From: an uncultured delta proteobacterium
GTDB taxonomy: Bacteria; Desulfobacterota; Binatia; UBA9968
Direction of reading: 5' to 3'
Assembly (NCBI GenBank): GCA_963745035.1
Contig: CAVUVW010000026.1
Coordinates: 64,001 to 128,000, forward strand
DNA length: 64,000 bases
Positions 37,318 to 48,132 of the stretch are shown piece after piece. Position 1 is the stretch's first letter. The number at the start of each line of letters is the position of its first letter. The translations under genes were made by a program, and so were the position numbers. The notes under the pieces are model-generated. The model ran no database searches. It saw only the letters and a program-made list of their open reading frames with translations, and had not been told where the DNA came from.

Positions 37318-38232
37318 TCACGCCCGGATGCGCGGATCGACGTAGCCGTATAAAATATCCACGAGAAAATTCGCGAGAACCAACAACGCCGCATACACCA
37401 AGGTCACGCCCATGATCAACGTATAATCGCGATCGGTAACCGCGGTGATAAAAAATCGCCCCATGCCGGGAATCGCGAACACATACTCGACCACGAAAGA
37501 ACCGGTGAGGAGAGCGGCGGCGAGCGGGCCCATGACCGTCAATACCGGGATCAGTGAGTGCGCGAGCGCATGCTTTACAACGACCACGGATTCCCTCAGG
37601 CCTTTGGCGCGGGCGGTGCGAACGAAATCCTCACCCAAGCTTTCGATGAGAGTCGAGCGCAGCAGAGCGGAAAGATAGGCGGCGGGAGCGGCGCCGAGGG
37701 TGATCGTCGGCAGGATCACGCTGCGCCAGTCGTCCCACCGTCCCGCTTGCAGCCAGCCGAACTCCAGCGCCACGAGCCAGATCAGCAGCGCGCCGAGGAT
37801 GAAGTTCGGCAAGGAGATGCCGAGGGTCGTCAGCAAAAGACCCCAACGGTCGATGAACGAGCCGTGGTAATACGCGGTCAACAAGCCCATCGGAAAGGCC
37901 GTAAAGAGCGTGAATAGCAGCGCAAGCGCGCCGAGCAGCGCGGAAGTCGGCAAGGTTTCCCGGATAATCTGACTCACGCTTCGGTCGAGATATTTGTACG
38001 ACGGGCCGAGATCGCCGCGCGCGATACCGCCGAGATAGCGGGCGTACTGCATGAGAATGGGCTCGTTGAGATGATACTTGGCCTCGAGATTGGCGAGCAC
38101 TTCGGGCGGCAGCTTGCGCTCGCTATCGAACGGGCCGCCGGGGGCGAGGCGAAGAAGCAAAAACGTAAATGTGGCGACGGTCCAGAGAACGATCAGACCA
38201 TGGACTGTGCGCTTCAGCAGGATCGCGATCAT
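37318..38232 (-). CDS. oppB: Oligopeptide ABC transporter permease
   Basis: LAPGGPF, GDLGPSY, FVRTARAKGL, VEYVFAIPGMG. Confidence 0.92.
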   Translation of the reverse strand: MIAILLKRTVHGLIVLWTVATFTFLLLRLAPGGPFDSERKLPPEVLANLEAKYHLNEPILMQYARYLGGIARGDLGPSYKYLDRSVSQIIRETLPTSALLGALALLFTLFTAFPMGLLTAYYHGSFIDRWGLLLTTLGISLPNFILGALLIWLVALEFGWLQAGRWDDWRSVILPTITLGAAPAAYLSALLRSTLIESLGEDFVRTARAKGLRESVVVVKHALAHSLIPVLTVMGPLAAALLTGSFVVEYVFAIPGMGRFFITAVTDRDYTLIMGVTLVYAALLVLANFLVDILYGYVDPRIRA

Positions 38233-38380
38233 TGAGCTGTTGGAACTGTAGCGCTTCGCTCAGGTGTTGTCATTCTCGCTGGCCCGAGTGTTTCAGAACT
38301 CACCACGAAGTGATTCATGATCTTCGCTCATTCACAGATGCTGAAAACAGGGAGTTCCCACGGCACGATTTTCCCGCCAT

Positions 38381-38458
38381 CGTCATTCCCGCGCAGGCGG
38401 GGAATCCAGGTTTGTTCTCGCCAAATTAGCCTGGATACCGGCCTTCGCCGGTATGACG
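38381..38458. repeat. REP-like palindrome (CGTCATTCCCGCG..GGCGGGAATCC type)
   Basis: Inverted ends CGTCAT...ATGACG; related copy at 50249-50326. Confidence 0.75.
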
Positions 38459-38590
38459 GAATCAAACCGCGCTGCCCTAGGGGTTAGCATCCCGTCACGT
38501 ATTTTCGAAGAGAACGAAGCTGGTACTGTGCCGCGCCCACCACCCGGTCCTCAGTCGAAGACCGGGGCGTGGCTGTCATGCACGGCTCCA

Positions 38591-39940
38591 TCAATACTCT
38601 TCAAGCTTCTTTTCCAACCAGCGGGTGTTGACGGCGCCGGCGCGGTACTCGGGATCGGCGATAACGGCCTTCAGAAAAGGAATTAAAGTGTCGATGCCGG
38701 TCACGTGAAAATTGTCGAGCGCGCGCGCCGCCGCATCCGCCGCGGTTTCTCGCGTGGCGGCGTGCACGATCAACTTAGCGAGCAGAGAATCGTAATAAGG
38801 CGGCACGAAGTAGCCGGGATAACAGTGGGTATCGAGCCGGATGCCGGTACCCTGGGGTGCTTGCCATTCGATGATTCGCCCCGGACAGGGACGAAAACCG
38901 TGCTGTGGCGATTCCGCGGTGATGCGGCATTCAATGGCATGGCCGGAGAACGTGATGTGCGATTGCTTGAACGGCAGCGCCTCGCCGCGCGCAACGTGGA
39001 GCTGCTGCTGCACCAGATCGACGCCCGTGATCATTTCGGTGACCGGGTGCTCAACCTGGATGCGCGTGTTCATCTCGAGAAAATAAAAATCCGCCGAGTC
39101 GTTGTCATAGATGAACTCGATGGTCCCGGCGCTTTGGTAGCCGATGCTCCGCGCCAACGTCGCCGCGGCGTTGCAGATCTTGGCGCGAATGTCCTGGGGT
39201 ACGGCGTACGCGGGCGCCTCTTCGACGATCTTTTGATGGCGGCGCTGCAACGAGCAGTCGCGCTCGCCGAGGTGAATTACATTGCCGTGCCGGTCGCCGA
39301 GAATCTGTACCTCGATATGCCGCGCGTTGCCGACATAGCGTTCCATGTAGAGCGTGTCGTTGCCGAATGCGGACCGCGCCTCGGCGGCGGCCGTGCGGAA
39401 CGTGTCTTCGATCTCGCCGCGATGGTTCACAAGCTTGATACCCCGGCCGCCCCCGCCCGCCGATGCTTTCAGCAGGAGCGGGTAGCCGATCTGCTCGGCG
39501 AGGCGCGCCGCTTCCTGCGGATTTTTTGCTTGATCCGATCCCGGCACCAGCGGCACTCCCGCGCTGCGCGCGATCTTGCGCGCCTCGAGCTTGTCGCCCA
39601 TCATGGTGATGTTTTCGGCGCTCGGCCCGACAAACGTAATTTTGTTGTCCGCGCACGCTTGGGCAAGAGCGGCGCGCTCGGAAAGGAAGCCGTAGCCGGG
39701 ATGGAGCGCGTCACAGCCCGTGCCATGGGCCGCAGCGATGAGGTTTTCGACCTTGAGATAGCTGTCGGTGGAGCGCGGCGGGCCGATGCAAACGGAACGG
39801 TCGGCCATCTGCGCCGCCATGCTCTCGCGATCGGCGTCGGAGACCGCCGCGACCGTCTCGATCCCCAAACTCTGGCACGCCCGAATAATTCGCACGGCGA
39901 TCTCGCCGCGGTTGGCGACCAGGACTCGTGTGACGCTCAT
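38591..39940 (-). CDS. accC: Biotin carboxylase
   Basis: VLVANRGEIA, HPGYGFLSE, GGGGRG, EMNTRIQVEHPVTE. Confidence 0.95.
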   Translation of the reverse strand: MSVTRVLVANRGEIAVRIIRACQSLGIETVAAVSDADRESMAAQMADRSVCIGPPRSTDSYLKVENLIAAAHGTGCDALHPGYGFLSERAALAQACADNKITFVGPSAENITMMGDKLEARKIARSAGVPLVPGSDQAKNPQEAARLAEQIGYPLLLKASAGGGGRGIKLVNHRGEIEDTFRTAAAEARSAFGNDTLYMERYVGNARHIEVQILGDRHGNVIHLGERDCSLQRRHQKIVEEAPAYAVPQDIRAKICNAAATLARSIGYQSAGTIEFIYDNDSADFYFLEMNTRIQVEHPVTEMITGVDLVQQQLHVARGEALPFKQSHITFSGHAIECRITAESPQHGFRPCPGRIIEWQAPQGTGIRLDTHCYPGYFVPPYYDSLLAKLIVHAATRETAADAAARALDNFHVTGIDTLIPFLKAVIADPEYRAGAVNTRWLEKKLEEY

Positions 39941-39957
39941 GGGAACTCCTGAAAAGA

Positions 39958-39985
39958 GTAGGGGCGGATTTAAATCCGCCCCTAC
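39958..39985. repeat. GTAG-type REP palindrome
   Basis: GTAGGGGCGGATTTAAATCCGCCCCTAC perfect palindrome. Confidence 0.8.
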
Positions 39986-40025
39986 GAAAATCCATCGATA
40001 AAATTTCCAGAGATCGCAGACCGCG

Positions 40026-40511
40026 TTACGGCTTGACGATAAACAGTGGCTGGCCGAACTCGACAAACTGACCGTTTTGCGCCACCACTTCGACGATCGT
40101 GCCTTTGACGGTGGCGCGCACGCTGTTGAAGACTTTCATCACCTCGATCAAACCGACGGTCGTGTCTTCGGTGATCTGCTGGCCGACTTTGACGAAGGGC
40201 GGTGCGCCCGGTTCCGGGGCGACATAAAAAGTTCCGAGAAGCGGCGCGGTGATCGGCAGCATGCCTTCCGGAATTACGGCAGGTTTGGCTGCTGGCGCCG
40301 CCGGCGCAGCGGCCGGCTTTGCGGCTACGGCGGGAGCTGGAGTTGGCGCGGCGTTGACGGCGGCCGGCTGCGGAGCTGCGCCCGCCAGCGGAATAGGATC
40401 GCCCTTGCTGACGGTGATCTTTAATTCGCCGACTTCGAGCTGAAAGTAGTCGAATTTCGATTCGTCGATCAATTTCAAGATGTGCAGGACATCATCTTCG
40501 CTGAGTTCCAT
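40026..40511 (-). CDS. accB: Biotin carboxyl carrier protein
   Basis: EVMKVFN biotinylation motif; Ala/Pro linker. Confidence 0.93.
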   Translation of the reverse strand: MELSEDDVLHILKLIDESKFDYFQLEVGELKITVSKGDPIPLAGAAPQPAAVNAAPTPAPAVAAKPAAAPAAPAAKPAVIPEGMLPITAPLLGTFYVAPEPGAPPFVKVGQQITEDTTVGLIEVMKVFNSVRATVKGTIVEVVAQNGQFVEFGQPLFIVKP

Positions 40512-40585
40512 TAGCCTCGCCTTCCTCGGAGTTGATTGGTTTTATTTCTTATGTGATTTCCGCGCGCTTGGCAAATTCCGGCGGT

Positions 40586-42191
40586 TCATTTCTGCGCCGA
40601 AGTCGCGGCTCTTACGTTGCGCAGGTCCATGCGCGCCATGGCATTGTACTCCAAGCCGGTGAATTTAGGATTGAGGACCGTTGCTTCGGCTTTCCAATAA
40701 AGCGGCACGATGGCGGCGTCGATTTCGGTGAGCAGTCTTTGCGCTTGGTCGTAGATCTGCGCGCGTTTTTTCGCGTCCAGTTCGCGCGCTGCGAGCTCGA
40801 GAAGTTGATCATACCGAGAATTTTTCCAACGCCCGTGATTGTTGCCGCTGTTGGAGGTGAACAACTTCATGAAATTATCCGGGTCGGGGTAATCGGCGCC
40901 CCAGCCGGAGCGAAAGACCGGGAACGGGTCGGTCTGAAGCTTCTTGAGAAATACTTTCCATTCCTGGTTTTCAATGCTGACCACTACGCCGAGATGCTTC
41001 TGCCACATGCTCTGGATCGCCTCGGCGATCAGCTTCTTTTCTTCGTCGGTGTTGTAGCCGAGCACGATGGGCGGCAGCCCTTTGCCGTCCGGATAGCCCG
41101 CATCCTTGAGGAGCTTGCGCGCTTCGTCCGGATTGAACTTGAGGCCGATCTCGGGATTGTGCGCGAGCATGCCCGGCGGGATCCACGAAGTCGCCGGAGT
41201 GGGGCCGCCCTGGAGAATCTTGGGCAGCACGTCGCGGTCGATGGCCATGGCGAACGCTTTTCTCACCAACGGATTGTCGAAGGGCTTACGATCGACGGCG
41301 AAGCTGTAGTACTCGCCGCGCAGCTGCGGCACGACCTTGAAGCCCGGGAGTTTCGACAAGCGCGGCTTTTCCAGCGGCGGAATGCTGTGCGATTCGTCCA
41401 TGAAATCTAAATTTCCCTGCTCGTACATGGCCACCGCCGTGGTTCTTTCATTGACCATGTACATGGTCACTTTTTCGAGCGTGGGCTTGCCGCGAAAAAA
41501 ATCCGGGTTGGCGCTGAGCTCGATCTGGTTCTCGTGCTTCCACGACGTCATGCGAAATGGCCCGTTGGTGACGATGTTCCCGGGTTCGGTCCAGCGGCTG
41601 TCGAACTTTTCAATGATGTCCCGCCGTTGAGGGTAGGTGACTTCAAACGTGGTGATCGCGAGAAAATAAGAGGCTGGATGGCGCAAAGTGACCACGAGAG
41701 TTTGATCGTTCTCGGCTCGCACACCTACCGCCGCCGGATCTTTTAGTTTGCCTTCGTTGTATTCCTGGGCGTTTGCCAGGTCGAACAAGAATATAGGCGT
41801 ATTGCGACGCGGTTTTTGGGTCGAGCAGGCGCTTCCAGGAATATTCGAAGTCCTGAGCACGAACCGTTTTGCCGTCGCTCCACTTTACGTCGTCGCGCAG
41901 ATGAAAGACGATTTTTTTTCCGCCCTCCTGCAACTCCCACGATTTGGCAATGACCGGCGCGGGCTTCAAATCTTTGTCGAACTCGGTCAAGCCGACCATC
42001 AAGTTCGAGATGACGTTGAAGGAAACGTGGTCGGTGGCGAGCGACCAGTCCAGGCTGGGCGGTTCGGTGCCGAGATTGACGCGAAAATGTTTGTCGCTGC
42101 CCTGCGGCGTGGATTTGCATCCGCCTGCGAGCGCCAGGAGCGACGCTATCGCCAGGGTGAGCAGCCAGGGAAGTTTTACGGCATTCAACAA
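40586..42191 (-). CDS. oppA: Oligopeptide ABC substrate-binding lipoprotein (frameshift near 41790)
   Basis: Lipobox GGC; EPPSLD, WSDG, NGPF, GWGADYPDP. Confidence 0.9.
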
Positions 42192-42276
42192 GGTTTGTTC
42201 ATCTTGCCTGAAAGAGGTTTAGCCGGTATTACTAGCGCAATACTTTCGTTCCTTCAAGAAAGGCGGCCGCGCACTT

Positions 42277-43308
42277 ATGGACGCAAAAGAACTGGTGATG
42301 ACGAGCTTGGTCATCGAGGGTCATCGTGACGTTTACGAGCAGCTCTATCGGACCTCGATAGGCGAAAAAGCGCCGATCCGCGACGGTGTCGCGCCGCGCT
42401 TGATCCGCGACGGCATCAATATGACGGTCTACGCGATCAGCGGCGATTCCTACTCGCACTCGCAGAATACCGGGCGCTACCTCGAAACCACGCTCGATCA
42501 AATCGATCAGTTTCTGGAGGAGGCGCCGCGCTCCGAAGGCATGATTCAGATGGTCAAGACTCGCGGCGATCTGCCCGAGAAAGTCGAGCCGGGAACGGTC
42601 AAGTTTCTGCTTCACTTCGAAGGCTGCATGCCGCTCCGCGGCAGCATTCATAATTTGCGAAATTTTTACCGGCTCGGCCTGCGCTCGCTGCAGCCCGTGT
42701 GGAATTTCCGCAACGAGCTGGGCGACGGCGTTTGGGAGAACCGCACCGGCGGCGGGCTGACGAACTTCGGTGTCGAGGTGATCAAAGAAGCCAATCGGCT
42801 GGGGATGGTGGTCGATCTATCGCACATGAATCGCGAAGGCTTTTTCCAGACGTTGGACGTCGCCACGGCGCCGCTCTTGGTCAGCCACGCCAATGCCTGC
42901 GGCATGCTCGACAATCCGCGCAATCTCGCGGACGACCAGATCAAGGCGATCGCCAATCAAGGCGGGCTGGTCGGCATTCTCGCTCTACCCGAGCGGGTCG
43001 GCAAAGGCGAAGTCGCTATCGAAGACATGCTCCGGCACATGGATTACATGATCAAGCTCGTCGGCATCGAGCATCTCGCTTTGGGCATGGATTTCGTCAA
43101 GTACGACGGCCCGCGCACTCTCAAAGACCGCCACCATCCGCTGCACAAAGATCCACTGATCAAAGGCTTCGAGGAAATCGAGGATCTGCCGAACTTGATC
43201 GATGGTCTGCAGAAACACGGCTACAAGGATGAGGAGATCAGTTTGATTCTCGGTGGCAACTATTTGCGAGTGTTGAAGACGATCTTGCCGGAGCAGTCGG
43301 TGATCTGA
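42277..43308 (+). CDS. Membrane dipeptidase (peptidase M19)
   Basis: GHRD, HFEG, VDLSH, SHANA, GMDF. Confidence 0.9.
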   Translation: MDAKELVMTSLVIEGHRDVYEQLYRTSIGEKAPIRDGVAPRLIRDGINMTVYAISGDSYSHSQNTGRYLETTLDQIDQFLEEAPRSEGMIQMVKTRGDLPEKVEPGTVKFLLHFEGCMPLRGSIHNLRNFYRLGLRSLQPVWNFRNELGDGVWENRTGGGLTNFGVEVIKEANRLGMVVDLSHMNREGFFQTLDVATAPLLVSHANACGMLDNPRNLADDQIKAIANQGGLVGILALPERVGKGEVAIEDMLRHMDYMIKLVGIEHLALGMDFVKYDGPRTLKDRHHPLHKDPLIKGFEEIEDLPNLIDGLQKHGYKDEEISLILGGNYLRVLKTILPEQSVI

Positions 43309-43363
43309 TTCTTTTTTTGGGTATAGGAGCATGGTGAAGCACTCTTCCTCTTTTAATCCGATT

Positions 43364-43459
43364 CTCTCCCCCTTGACGGGGGAGAGTTAGAGTAGGGGTG
43401 ATGAGTTGTTGCTTCGAAGGCTCACCCCCATCCTGACCTTCCCCCGTCGAGGGGGAAGG
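43364..43459. repeat. REP-like intergenic repeat
   Basis: CTCCCCCTTGACGGGGGAG...GGGGTG...CACCCCC...CCTTCCCCCGTCGAGGGGGAAGG. Confidence 0.7.
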
Positions 43460-43536
43460 TACCTAACAGAAAACATCTTTTCTCTTACCGCACGGTCTGA
43501 ATCTCCACGGCTGCATACGCCGGATTTATCCTCATT

Positions 43537-45801
43537 ATGACCATAGGCGTTTCCACCCCGCGCATCGACGGCATCGAAAAGGTAACGGGCGCGGCCAAGT
43601 TCACCGGCGATATCGCGCTTCCCGGCCTGCTCGAGGCAAGAGTCCTCCGCAGCCCCTTGCCGCATGCGGCGATCGAAGCGATCGACATCCGCAAAGCCGA
43701 AGCACTGGCGGGCGTTGTCGCGGTGCTGACGCGCGACGATCTCAAGGACATCGATCCTTTTTACGGCAATTGTCTGCGCGACCGGGCGATCGTCGCCATG
43801 GACCGGGTGCGTTTTGTCGGCGAGCCGGTCGCCGTTGTCGCCGCTGAAGACGCGCTGATCGCCGAGGAGGCGCTGGCACTGATCGACGTTCGCTACAAAG
43901 AGCTGCCTTGCGTGGCGGACATCGACGCCGCACGCGCGGAAGGCGCGCCGTTGCTGCATCAAGATGCGGCGGGAGCGGGCGAGTTTCACGACGTCGCCGG
44001 AGTGGGTGAGCGGTTCGGCGGGAATATCTGCCACCGTGAACATTTCGTAAAGGGCGACCCGGCTTCCGCGTTCGCGCAGGCCGACGAGATCGTCGAAGAG
44101 TGCTTCGAGTTTCCGATGGTCTATCAGTACGCCATGGAGCCGCACACGGCCGTCGCGCGCGTGACCGTCGACGGCATCACCTTGTGGAGCACTTCGGCGC
44201 ATCCTTTCCTGGTTCGCTCGGAGCTTGCGCATATGTTTGGTTTGCCGCACGCCAAGGTCGAAGTGATCGTGCCCTTCGTCGGCGGCGCCTACGGCAGCAA
44301 GTCCTATTTCAAAATCGAGCCGCTCGCCGTCGCCATGGCGCGCAAGACCGGCGGCCGGCCGGTGCGCGTGGCGCAGAGCCTCACCGAGGCGATGTTGACG
44401 ACGCGGCGCCACTCGGCGCGCGTGCGCATGAAGACCGGCGTGAAACGCGACGGCACGTTGGTCGCGCGCGAAGCCGAAGTTCTGATGGATACCGGCGCTT
44501 ATGCGGATAACGGCCCGCGCGTCGCCAAGCGCGCGATCAGCCGCATGCTCGGTCCTTACAAGCTCGATCACTGCAAAGTCGAGGTGCTGGCGTTCTATAC
44601 GAACACGGTTCCCGCCGGTTCCATGCGCTCCATCGGCGGGCCGCAGACGATCTGGGCGCTGGAATCGCACATGGACACCATCGCGGCGCGGCTCGATCTC
44701 GATCCGCTGGAATTTCGCATGCGCAGTCTCTTGCGCCGCGGGGAAATCTTAAAGCCGGGCGCGACACCGGTGGATGCCGATCTGTGTCAGGGAGCAAAGG
44801 CGGCCGTCAGACCACTTGAATGGAACGCGGCAAAAGACGGCAAAGGCAAGGGCGCAGGTGTCGCTGTCGGAGTTTCCGATTCCGAAGCGATGCCGGTTTC
44901 GGTTGCGTTGGTGCGCCTGCTCGCCGACGGCAGCGTGATCTTGAGCGCGGGGACAACCGAAGTGGGTCAAGGCGCGCGCACGATTCTCAGCCAGATCGTC
45001 GCGCAGGAATTATCTCTGCCTGTCGAGCAGGTGACCATGAGCGGCACGGATACGAAGTGGACGCCTTTCGACCGCTCCACCGGCGCGAGCCGATCGACGA
45101 CGGTCATGGGCAGCGCCGTCAAAGCCGCGGCTGAAGATTTGCGCCGCCAGTTGATCGATGCCGCCGCGGAAAGTTTCAACGCAAGTGCAACGACGATCAA
45201 GTTGAAAGACGGCGAAGCTCATTCGGCGGACAAGCACTTGCCGTACGGCAAAATCGTCAGCGCTTACTTCGGCATGCCGGGCGGTGAATTGATCGGCCGC
45301 GGCTACATGCGTCCGGGCGCCGGCTTGGGGTCGACGTTTCCATTATTTTGGGAAACAGGCATGGGCGGCGCTGAAATCAAGGTCGACGGCGAGACCGGCG
45401 AAATTCGCTTGGAAAAGTACATGACCGTGGCGGACGTGGGCACGGCGATCAATCCGCAGCAGGCGGAAGGGCAGGATGAAGGCGCGGCCGTTCAGGGATT
45501 CGGCCCGGCGTTGTTCGAGGCGCTGGTTTACGAGCAAGGTCAGCCGCTCAACGCCAATCTGGTCGACTACCGGGTGCCGCGATTCACCGATCTGCCGGAT
45601 CATTTCGAGTCCGCACTGATCGAAAATCACGACGGGCCGGGGCCCTACGGCGCCAAAGGCATGGGCGAGTCCGGCATCGTTTCCGTGGCTCCGGCAATCG
45701 GCAATGCGCTTTATCGCGCGACGGGCGTTCGAATTCGTGAACTGCCTTTGACGCCGGAGCGGGTTTGGCGGGCTCTCAAAGATTCCAAGCGGGCGGAATG
45801 A
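43537..45801 (+). CDS. Xanthine dehydrogenase-family molybdopterin-binding subunit
   Basis: KVTGAAKF, GGAYGSK, EVGQG, GAKGMGE. Confidence 0.93.
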   Translation: MTIGVSTPRIDGIEKVTGAAKFTGDIALPGLLEARVLRSPLPHAAIEAIDIRKAEALAGVVAVLTRDDLKDIDPFYGNCLRDRAIVAMDRVRFVGEPVAVVAAEDALIAEEALALIDVRYKELPCVADIDAARAEGAPLLHQDAAGAGEFHDVAGVGERFGGNICHREHFVKGDPASAFAQADEIVEECFEFPMVYQYAMEPHTAVARVTVDGITLWSTSAHPFLVRSELAHMFGLPHAKVEVIVPFVGGAYGSKSYFKIEPLAVAMARKTGGRPVRVAQSLTEAMLTTRRHSARVRMKTGVKRDGTLVAREAEVLMDTGAYADNGPRVAKRAISRMLGPYKLDHCKVEVLAFYTNTVPAGSMRSIGGPQTIWALESHMDTIAARLDLDPLEFRMRSLLRRGEILKPGATPVDADLCQGAKAAVRPLEWNAAKDGKGKGAGVAVGVSDSEAMPVSVALVRLLADGSVILSAGTTEVGQGARTILSQIVAQELSLPVEQVTMSGTDTKWTPFDRSTGASRSTTVMGSAVKAAAEDLRRQLIDAAAESFNASATTIKLKDGEAHSADKHLPYGKIVSAYFGMPGGELIGRGYMRPGAGLGSTFPLFWETGMGGAEIKVDGETGEIRLEKYMTVADVGTAINPQQAEGQDEGAAVQGFGPALFEALVYEQGQPLNANLVDYRVPRFTDLPDHFESALIENHDGPGPYGAKGMGESGIVSVAPAIGNALYRATGVRIRELPLTPERVWRALKDSKRAE

Positions 45802-45802
45802 T

Positions 45803-47077
45803 ATGGAAACAAATTCGCACTACGAAAAAGTGATCAAAGCCATAGCCGAGCAGAAGAACGACCTGGTCGACTTATGCTTGCAGCTGGGCAATACCCCGAG
45901 CTTTCACGCTCAGGAGCGCAAGCTCGGCGAAGCGGTGTTGCAATGGCTCGGCGCCGCGGGAATAGAAGGCGAGCTGCAGTTCATTACCAGCGAGAGCGTC
46001 AATGCGGTGGCCACCCTTAGAGGCAGCGGCGGAGGCAAGAGTTTGATTTGGAACGCGCACATGGACACCGGGCCGGAGCTTGGGCCTGATGCGACAGACG
46101 ACGACAGGAAATTGGAGACAGCCTGGATCGACGGCGACATGCTGTTCGGCAAAGGGATGATCAACGACAAGGCGCAGCTCTGCGCCTTCATGATCGCCAT
46201 GCGAGCCATCAAGCAATGCGCTATCGAATTGAAGGGCGATCTCACCCTGACCGCCGTGGCATTCGAAACCGGCGCTCCGTCGGTGGATCAACAGCAAGGC
46301 ATCAATTTTCCCGGCGAGGGGTTCGGCACCAAGTGGGTCGTCGATCGCGGTGTGGTCGCCGATTACGCGCTGGTCGGCGAGACCTCGGGTTTCGGCATCG
46401 TGCAAGCGGAGTGCGGCGCGGGCTGGTATAAGGTGCGGGTGAAGGGCAGAGAAGTTTACACGCCGCGTCTCGAGCGGGGAACTTCCGTCCAGGAAAATCC
46501 CAACGCTTTCGTCAAAGCCGTCCCAATTATCTCGGCCATCGAAGCATGGGCGGTCGACTACGAAAAACGCGAGACCATGAAATTTGCCGGCGGCACGATC
46601 ATTCCCAAGGCGCAGATCGTAGAAGTCCGCGGCGGCGGGCGGGTCGACCGGGCCAGTCCGTTCTGCGATATTTTTATCGACGTGCGCATCGTGCCGGGGA
46701 AAAATCCCAACGACATCAAAAAAGAAATCGAGGCGGCGCTCGCGCCGCTGCGGATCGATTGCGCGGTATCGCTGTTCCAGTATTCGCGCGGTTACATCGC
46801 CAAGAATGCCGAGCCGCTCATCGATGCGATCGCCGAAGCGCACCGTTACATATTCAAATCCGAACCGCCGGCGCCGCCATCCGCCGAAACCAGCATGTGG
46901 CGCGATTTGAATGTTTTCAACGAAGTGGGCATTCCCTCGGTGTGTTACGGACCGCCGCGCCAACGCGAGCCGCTGAGCGGGGCCGGGAATCGCGCCATGA
47001 AGATCGCTGACCTGATCGACGCGACCAAAGTTTATGCGCTCACCGCAATGAAACTCTGCGGTATTCACGAAAAATGA
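45803..47077 (+). CDS. M20/ArgE-like metallopeptidase or deacylase
   Basis: NAHMDT, GKGMINDK, VGET. Confidence 0.85.
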   Translation: METNSHYEKVIKAIAEQKNDLVDLCLQLGNTPSFHAQERKLGEAVLQWLGAAGIEGELQFITSESVNAVATLRGSGGGKSLIWNAHMDTGPELGPDATDDDRKLETAWIDGDMLFGKGMINDKAQLCAFMIAMRAIKQCAIELKGDLTLTAVAFETGAPSVDQQQGINFPGEGFGTKWVVDRGVVADYALVGETSGFGIVQAECGAGWYKVRVKGREVYTPRLERGTSVQENPNAFVKAVPIISAIEAWAVDYEKRETMKFAGGTIIPKAQIVEVRGGGRVDRASPFCDIFIDVRIVPGKNPNDIKKEIEAALAPLRIDCAVSLFQYSRGYIAKNAEPLIDAIAEAHRYIFKSEPPAPPSAETSMWRDLNVFNEVGIPSVCYGPPRQREPLSGAGNRAMKIADLIDATKVYALTAMKLCGIHEK

Positions 47078-47099
47078 GGAAGCGAAAATAATTATAGCA

Positions 47100-48107
47100 A
47101 TGAAGTTCTGCCTGCAACTCAATCCTCAGGTCTCGATCGACAAACCCGGCGAATCGTTGATGCCCACGTTGATCGAGCAGGTGCGTGTCGCCGATGCAGT
47201 CGGCTTCGACGCCTTCTCGATGGGTGACCATTACAATATTCCCGGTCTGCAGAGGCTCAATCAGGTTCCCGCGCTGGCGCGGCTGTGCGCGGAGACAAAG
47301 CACTGTGCCGTGGGCACTGCCGTGACACTGCTTGGCTTGCGCCATCCGGTAACAGTGGCCAGCGAGCTCGCGAGCCTCGATGTCTTGAACGAGGGCCGAT
47401 CATTTGCAGCCTTTGGCCTAGGCTACCGCGACGAAGAGCTGAAAGCGTTCAACCTTACCAAGAAGCAGCGCTTCCAGCGCTTCGCCGAGGGCGTCGAGAT
47501 CATCAAACGGCTCTGGACCGAAGACCATGTGAGTTTCAGCGGCGAAGCGTTCACTCTCACCGATGTCACAGTTGATCCCAAGCCGTTGCAGAAGCCGCGC
47601 CCGCCGATCTGGATCGCCGCCAATACCGACGCCGCGGTGGAGCGCGCGGCGAAGCTGGGCGACGGCTGGATGATCGGACCGCACTCGGCCATCGATGAGT
47701 TGGAGCGTCAGGTCGAGCTATGCCGCACAGCGTGGAAGGGCGCGGGCAAGGAGGGAGTGCCGGAGACGCCGATCATTCGCGAAACGTTCGTCGCCGGCGA
47801 TAGGAAGGAGGCGGTGGAGAAGGCGCGTCCCTGTCTGGAGCATCTGTATCGCGCGGTATACATCAAGTGGAAACAAAACGAGGCGATGAACGATCCCAAC
47901 GAATTGGCCTGGGCATTCGACAAATTGGCCAAGGGCCGTTTCATCCTGGGTTCGCCGTCGGAATGCATCGATCAGATTCAGGAGTATAAGGAACGGTTGG
48001 GGATATCGTACATGCTGCCCCGCTTCGACTGGACGCCGGGCTTGCCTCAAAGCGAAATTCTCGCTTCAATGCGGCTGTTCGGCGAGAAGGTGATCCAGAA
48101 ACTTTAG
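47100..48107 (+). CDS. LLM-class flavin-dependent oxidoreductase
   Basis: GFDAFSMGDH, GLGYR, PKPLQKPRPPIWIA. Confidence 0.9.
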   Translation: MKFCLQLNPQVSIDKPGESLMPTLIEQVRVADAVGFDAFSMGDHYNIPGLQRLNQVPALARLCAETKHCAVGTAVTLLGLRHPVTVASELASLDVLNEGRSFAAFGLGYRDEELKAFNLTKKQRFQRFAEGVEIIKRLWTEDHVSFSGEAFTLTDVTVDPKPLQKPRPPIWIAANTDAAVERAAKLGDGWMIGPHSAIDELERQVELCRTAWKGAGKEGVPETPIIRETFVAGDRKEAVEKARPCLEHLYRAVYIKWKQNEAMNDPNELAWAFDKLAKGRFILGSPSECIDQIQEYKERLGISYMLPRFDWTPGLPQSEILASMRLFGEKVIQKL

Positions 48108-48132
48108 GCGCATATTGCAAAGGAGGATGGTA

